Shown here in pieces: positions 16,157 to 20,000 of a stretch of 20,000 nucleotides of DNA (positions within the stretch are counted from its first letter, which is position 1; every line of letters starts with the position of its first letter). The DNA is from an uncultured virus (IMG/VR IMGVR_UViG_3300027787_000001). Lineage: Duplodnaviria > Heunggongvirae > Uroviricota > Caudoviricetes. The notes beneath the pieces were generated by a model, which was not told the origin of the DNA, searched no databases, and worked only from the letters and a program-made list of their open reading frames with translations. The stretch is from IMG/VR virus record IMGVR_UViG_3300027787_000001, one strand, 5' to 3'. Both the position numbers and the translations under genes were made by a program.

Positions 16157-16819
16157 CTTAGGGTCAATCACCCGCACCGCGTTCTCGATAGTCAACGGCG
16201 CGTGACCGTTAACCTGGTCCGCCGCGTGCCCGTTCGCCTGGCTGACCTGCGGAGCGATCAGCACCAGCACTTGCGCCGCGGTCGGCCCGTCGCCTTCATC
16301 GTCTTTCTTGACCGTCAACGCCCCAACCGCGCCGGCGATCTCCATTGCCATTTTAGCTGACCTGGTCGCCGACTCGAGCGCCTGCCAACTCACCGGCTTG
16401 ATGATCGTGATCCGCGTTTTGCCGTCTTCGTCTTCCTTGACCTCCTGCTGAGTCAACGGCCACTTGGCCAGCGTCATCCATTTTTGCAGGATCAGGCCAG
16501 CACCGAGCGCGGAATTTTCCCGGTTCTCGATCAGGCGAAGCGCCCAAACATCACCGGCTTGCTCTACTCGGGCAAGCTGCTTGCCGAGGCTTGCCGCTTG
16601 AAGCCTTTCGTCAAAAGCCTTTGCTCGCTCGATCCACTGGAAGTCCTTTACCCACTTAGAGAATTTGCCAGAGCATTGGCTTGCCCGCGGCTTGCCAGAC
16701 CACTTGCGGTAGGCCTCACGAAAGGTACGATTCTGCATTTCGCGGTAAAGCACAAAAGCTCGCCACGCTGGCTCATTCTCATCGGGCAGACGATCCCAGG
16801 CATGCTTCTCAGAGGTCAC
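16148..16819 (-). CDS. terS: Putative terminase small subunit
   Basis: N-terminal WDRLPDENEPAWRAFVLYREM...KWVKDFQWIERAKAFD HTH-like domain, followed by oligomerisation-type helices. Located upstream of terL, with GTGA coupling to the ParB-like gene. Confidence 0.7.
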   Translation of the reverse strand: MTSEKHAWDRLPDENEPAWRAFVLYREMQNRTFREAYRKWSGKPRASQCSGKFSKWVKDFQWIERAKAFDERLQAASLGKQLARVEQAGDVWALRLIENRENSALGAGLILQKWMTLAKWPLTQQEVKEDEDGKTRITIIKPVSWQALESATRSAKMAMEIAGAVGALTVKKDDEGDGPTAAQVLVLIAPQVSQANGHAADQVNGHAPLTIENAVRVIDPKSA

Positions 16820-17337
16820 GGCTTGAACCTATGCCCGCAACTGGGGCACTTCACGCTCTTGTCTTTTCCCGCTGCCTCTGGCTGCTCGTCAACCAGTTTG
16901 CGCCCCATGTCGTCCATGATCTCCTGCAGCGCCTCTTCGTCAAACCCTGTTCCTTTCAGGTCACCTTGATCTGATCTAATGGATTCAAGCAGTTCCGCAA
17001 GTTCCTGCGGGTTGTCGACGCCGAGCCGCGCCGTCCGGTTGTCTGCCAGCATGAAACACAGGGCGGTAGCATCATCCAAGTCGGCCCAGATCACCGGGAA
17101 TTGAATCAACCCCCGTTCCTTGGCCGCCAGCCAGCGATGCTTGCCAGCCACAATGTAGCCGGTCGAGCGCTGCACCACCGCGGCCCCGATGAATCCGTTA
17201 ACCTCAATGCTTTCAATGATACAACCGACATCGCCTTCATTCGTATTTTTGGGATGCGGCTGCACTGAGTCAATATCGACCAACTCGTAGGTCTGTTCCG
17301 CCACAGTTACCGTTGCGGTTTCTCTTTTTCTCCCCAT
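16816..17337 (-). CDS. ParB/Sulfiredoxin-like domain protein with C-terminal Cys knuckle
   Basis: PHPKNTN...SIEVNGF...IVAGKHRWLAAKERG...FMLADNRTA...TGFD...CPSCGHRF. This architecture is typical of phage ParB-like proteins beside terS. Confidence 0.85.
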   Translation of the reverse strand: MGRKRETATVTVAEQTYELVDIDSVQPHPKNTNEGDVGCIIESIEVNGFIGAAVVQRSTGYIVAGKHRWLAAKERGLIQFPVIWADLDDATALCFMLADNRTARLGVDNPQELAELLESIRSDQGDLKGTGFDEEALQEIMDDMGRKLVDEQPEAAGKDKSVKCPSCGHRFKP

Positions 17338-17373
17338 CGAAGTGGTGTATAGTGCTCAGTATAAGGCTTGCTT

Positions 17374-17586
17374 ATGTTCTACCGCGTCCATTGCGTCAAG
17401 ACGGGCCAGCGGTTCGGGTTCTTCTCGAGGGAGTTGCTTGAGCCTGGTCAGCGCGTTGCTTTCGTTGCTGATGACGGCGGGAACTTCGTTATCGAGGTAG
17501 AGCAAGCTTCTGAAGCTTCTCACGCGAACACCAGCGGCAGCCTGGCCGGAACCGCCGACGTTGGAACGTCAGCAAACGTCGGGTGA
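17374..17586 (+). CDS. Possible small hypothetical protein on the opposite strand
   Basis: MFYRVHCVKTGQRFGFFSRELLEPGQRVAFVADDGGNFVIEVEQ looks beta-rich and occupies a gap free of minus-strand genes. Its tail overlaps the convergent gene. Confidence 0.4.
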   Translation: MFYRVHCVKTGQRFGFFSRELLEPGQRVAFVADDGGNFVIEVEQASEASHANTSGSLAGTADVGTSANVG

Positions 17587-17750
17587 CTGAACGAGAGCAC
17601 CACTGAGCCGGTGCTGTGCTCAGCGAAGAAACCACGATAGACCGCATCTGACGGTAAATCAGGGCATTGCAGGCGTACTTTGTCGCTGGCAGCCAACAAC
17701 TCAGCGAAGGCGTGCACGTCCATTGCGTAGTGGCGGAGACGGCGGTTCAT
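17520..17750 (-). CDS. Hypothetical phage protein, 76 aa (start revised to 17750)
   Basis: GGGAGG upstream of the ATG. Sequence DLPSDAVYRGF...FSHPTFADVP. Confidence 0.65.
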   Translation of the reverse strand: MNRRLRHYAMDVHAFAELLAASDKVRLQCPDLPSDAVYRGFFAEHSTGSVVLSFSHPTFADVPTSAVPARLPLVFA

Positions 17751-18003
17751 GCGTGTTACCGTTCCTCCCTCGCGTGCCCGCCGCATCTCGGCCCGAAGAA
17801 CTGCCACGGATCGAACGGAATGGTTAGAGCACGGCCTGGTGGACAGAACTGGACGTGAAGTTTACCGTGGAACACTTTTGCGGGCTGCTTGCGGGCTGGC
17901 TGCTTCGGCGGCTTCATGGTGCTCGGGAAAAGCATGACTTGGGGTTGCCCGTATCGCGTCGAAGCAATTGAGCAACCCCCGGACCGGCAAGCTCTGCCGA
18001 GAG

Positions 18004-18234
18004 CTATCCTGTGCCACTTGATTGTATATGCCGATCACACACCGAAGCAATAGGCGGCTGGGATACCAGCCGGATGGCGTCCACTTCTTCCGGTGGGTTG
18101 AACTGGTATCTACTCCACATAAGCGGCGCAATCTGCGCAACCGCTTGCGCCACAGCCACAAGCCGACTTGCCGGAATCTGATTCTGCATGAATTCGGCGA
18201 CTGCTTTCACGTCTTCATCGAGCACACAATCCAT
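18004..18234 (-). CDS. Hypothetical protein, 76 aa (start revised to 18234)
   Basis: GGGAG RBS 6 nt before the ATG. Helical sequence DEDVKAVAEFMQNQIPASRLVAVAQAVAQIAPLMW. Confidence 0.6.
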   Translation of the reverse strand: MDCVLDEDVKAVAEFMQNQIPASRLVAVAQAVAQIAPLMWSRYQFNPPEEVDAIRLVSQPPIASVCDRHIQSSGTG

Positions 18235-18281
18235 TTTACACTCCCGTTGGGAAACCGGCGCCAAGTGGGGCAGAGAACTGG

Positions 18282-18632
18282 CTAATCGTAATCAATGTGA
18301 AACCGCCTCCAAGGAGGGTAGTAATAATCCCCCGTTACGGCGCGGGGCTGAAGAACGGCACGGCCATCGCGGTGTGGCGCGAACCGCCAGTTCCACTTCG
18401 GCGACCGCCTCTCAGGTTGAGGAGGGGCCTCGTAGAACTTGACCTTTGTGAGCCGTCCTGTCCTCGGGTTAGTGCTGCCTACATAATCTCCAAACGCAAC
18501 GATTAACGCTACTTGCGCGCCTGGCAGGATACATTCTGTTCGTGAACCGTCGAGCCGGATCGAGACGACGCGGATTGTCTCGATTTTGGAGGCTAACTCG
18601 GCTAGAACTGTGGGGGATTTGATTAGCGGCAA
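18282..18632 (-). CDS. Hypothetical protein, paralog B of a tandem pair
   Basis: Aligns by eye with the adjacent gene (SPxVLAxLA...DG...QVAxIV..G.Y.G...GRL..VK). Confidence 0.7.
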   Translation of the reverse strand: MPLIKSPTVLAELASKIETIRVVSIRLDGSRTECILPGAQVALIVAFGDYVGSTNPRTGRLTKVKFYEAPPQPERRSPKWNWRFAPHRDGRAVLQPRAVTGDYYYPPWRRFHIDYD

Positions 18633-18937
18633 GCCCGAATACCCTTAGACTTTACCAAGTCCCGGAACCATTTGGGTTGATTAGTCATTGCAGATTCAGA
18701 GAAATTGGCCTCCTTAACGTAGACTAACCGACCAGACTGGCCAGTCTTCCCGTAGTATCCTCCAAGGGAAACTATCGCAGCAACTTGCGGTCCAGTAAGC
18801 CGGCCTTCGCGCTGACGCCCATCTGGTAAAAAAGAGATTAGCCGAAGGCTCTGAATGGGAGTCGCTAGTTTCGCCAAAACTTCTGGGGAGTCAATAAATG
18901 ACACTTGTAGCTCATCTCGGGTCTTTGGAGCCCGCAA
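18623..18937 (-). CDS. Hypothetical protein, paralog A of a tandem pair (true start may be GTG 18904)
   Basis: Paralogous to 18282-18632 and lies just downstream of a consensus-like promoter. Confidence 0.7.
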   Translation of the reverse strand: MRAPKTRDELQVSFIDSPEVLAKLATPIQSLRLISFLPDGRQREGRLTGPQVAAIVSLGGYYGKTGQSGRLVYVKEANFSESAMTNQPKWFRDLVKSKGIRACR

Positions 18938-18982
18938 TCAAAAAATCCGCGGCGGCCACACCGAGCATGTACGTCGTGAAAC

Positions 18983-19011
18983 ATTCTGAGCCAAATTATT
19001 TTAGATGTCAA
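18983..19011 (-). promoter_or_regulatory. Sigma70-type promoter
   Basis: Minus-strand TTGACA (19011-19006), 17-nt AT-rich spacer, CAGAAT (18988-18983), in an intergenic gap. Confidence 0.7.
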
Positions 19012-19021
19012 GTTTCTGTAA

Positions 19022-19276
19022 TCACCCGGCCTTGCTAATCCCCGCCCGCAGTATCCGCCGGCGCCGGATCTCGTCCCAGATCGGCCCTGGTTCAACCGGC
19101 AGACCCAGTTTTAGAGCCGCCTCTACGTCGGCGTGGAAGTCCTCGTAGGTCTGGGTCATCTTTTCCAACGTCTCTGCCAACGCCAGCAGGGCGTCGTGCG
19201 TGTGCAACAGCCTTCTTAACCGTGCTTGAGAGATGAACCTTGTCGGGTGCATCGTGAGCACCTTGGGTTTCTTCAT
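19022..19276 (-). CDS. Hypothetical protein, 84 aa (start revised to 19276)
   Basis: GAGG upstream of the ATG. MKKPKVLTMHPTRFISQARL..., a coiled helix, then LKLGLPVEPGP. Confidence 0.6.
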   Translation of the reverse strand: MKKPKVLTMHPTRFISQARLRRLLHTHDALLALAETLEKMTQTYEDFHADVEAALKLGLPVEPGPIWDEIRRRRILRAGISKAG

Positions 19277-19556
19277 CGTGGCGAGCCTCTGTTTGGAGCT
19301 GCCCAACCGATGCCCTGATCTCATCGATTGAGCGTGTTGCAAGTTTAATCCATTCTTCGATTTTGACAAGCAGCAAGTTCTGGGGAGTCGAGACCCCCTG
19401 ATTTGGGGTGGCGGGGGATTCCACAGCAAGGTAGTTCTCCAGCGCCTCCTGCGTCAGTTGCCACATCGGCCGTCCCGCATCCACCGCCCTGGCCTTGAGC
19501 GCCTTCTTGAGGCTGGGCAGCATCGCGATCCCGAACTTTATTCGCTTTTCTTCCAT
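19092..19556 (-). CDS. Ribbon-helix-helix (CopG/Arc/MetJ-like) transcriptional regulator
   Basis: KRIKFGIAMLPSLKKALKARAVDAGRPMWQLTQEALENYL reads as alternating beta strand, helix A, Gly turn and helix B. It is followed by a coiled segment and a low-complexity tail. Confidence 0.75.
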   Translation of the reverse strand: MEEKRIKFGIAMLPSLKKALKARAVDAGRPMWQLTQEALENYLAVESPATPNQGVSTPQNLLLVKIEEWIKLATRSIDEIRASVGQLQTEARHDEETQGAHDAPDKVHLSSTVKKAVAHARRPAGVGRDVGKDDPDLRGLPRRRRGGSKTGSAG

Positions 19557-19563
19557 TGGGTTA

Positions 19564-19614
19564 GGTGCACTGGTGCACTTTTCTCTTGCACAAAGTTCAC
19601 TTGTGCATTAGTAT
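19564..19614. promoter_or_regulatory. Divergent control region: tandem 8-bp palindromic boxes overlapping a rightward promoter
   Basis: Boxes GGTGCACT 19564-71, GGTGCACT 19572-79, CTTGCACA 19585-92, AGTTCACT 19594-601 and TGTGCATT 19602-09. Promoter TTGCAC (19586-91), N17, TAGTAT (19609-14). Confidence 0.7.
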
Positions 19615-19624
19615 TATCAGCGAC

Positions 19625-19783
19625 ATGACAACCACCAAGCCGATAACTATAACCCAAGTGAAGTGCAAACGGTGCGGCCATGCCTGGCTACCACGGTCAA
19701 CCGAAGTTCCTGCGCAATGCCCTAATTGCGGCTCTGCTCGATGGAACCGTGAGAAGCCAGCTAAAAATACCAGCGCCGCCTAA
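19625..19783 (+). CDS. Small Zn-ribbon protein, 52 aa (start revised to 19625)
   Basis: CKRCGHAWLPR...PAQCPNCGSARWN four-Cys motif. The ATG is 10 nt after the -10 box, implying a nearly leaderless mRNA. Confidence 0.75.
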   Translation: MTTTKPITITQVKCKRCGHAWLPRSTEVPAQCPNCGSARWNREKPAKNTSAA

Positions 19784-20000
19784 GCGCCATCCATGCCTTC
19801 CGCCCTCCAATCCGGTGTCGCGCGCGCCGCACGCCCGGCAGCCCCGGTTTCCCCCGATGGCGTACCCCGAAGGCCACCAGCGCGTGCGACACAGGCTGAT
19901 GGTAACGGAGGCGTCTTTTTCAGCAAGCATCCGACACGGCGAAGAATGGGCAAACCGACTGAAAACAGGAAACATAGGATCGGCATTAGGGTCCAGGAAC

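Noticed and set aside
16816..17337. ParB-like gene as evidence of a plasmid partition system or DNA-modification cluster
   Set aside because: No ParA, parS, HTH domain or adjacent methylase is present. Stand-alone ParB-like genes beside terS are common in phages.
17756..17979. 59-aa minus-strand ORF (17756-17935, MLFPSTMKPPKQPARKQPAK...) and inverted repeat GGGGTTGC/GCAACCCC at 17941-17979
   Set aside because: The ORF has no clear RBS and low complexity, and the repeat has no U-tract. Support is too weak to call either.
1..20000. Genome-wide TAG reassignment (genetic code 15)
   Set aside because: Long genes are intact under code 11, with no fragmentation by internal TAG. Reading through the scaffold TAG would run out of frame into the capsid gene.
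1..20000. CRISPR array, tRNA, diversity-generating retroelement, integrase or att site, intron or intein
   Set aside because: I saw no spaced repeats, cloverleaf, reverse transcriptase, template/variable repeat pair, recombinase or splicing motifs. Prophage versus free phage cannot be decided from this window.
19780..20000. Candidate ORFs at the right edge: minus 19780-19986, and plus start 19946 MGKPTENRKHRIGIRVQE resembling an RHH strand
   Set aside because: Competing frames, too little sequence and no clear RBS. Needs the adjacent window.

Overview
The window is part of a tailed dsDNA phage or prophage (Caudoviricetes), almost entirely on the minus strand. Read right to left it holds: (1) a divergent regulatory pair (ribbon-helix-helix protein and small Zn-ribbon protein) around tandem 8-bp palindromic boxes; (2) small accessory genes, including a tandem paralog pair behind a sigma70-type promoter; (3) a ParB-like protein, putative terminase small subunit, terminase large subunit, portal with a Zn-ribbon insert, scaffold, major capsid protein and two putative decoration proteins. 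No prohead protease is visible, which suggests P22/T7-style scaffold-driven head assembly. The most unusual part is 392-4607: three translationally coupled, Cys/Thr/Gly-rich fibre or beta-helix genes that each begin with an apparent Sec signal peptide and sit inside the capsid operon. Candidate structured RNA leaders precede the scaffold, capsid and post-capsid genes. The host may be Acidobacteriota-like, but this is a weak inference from protein style only. All product calls rest on motifs and gene order, not on database searches.
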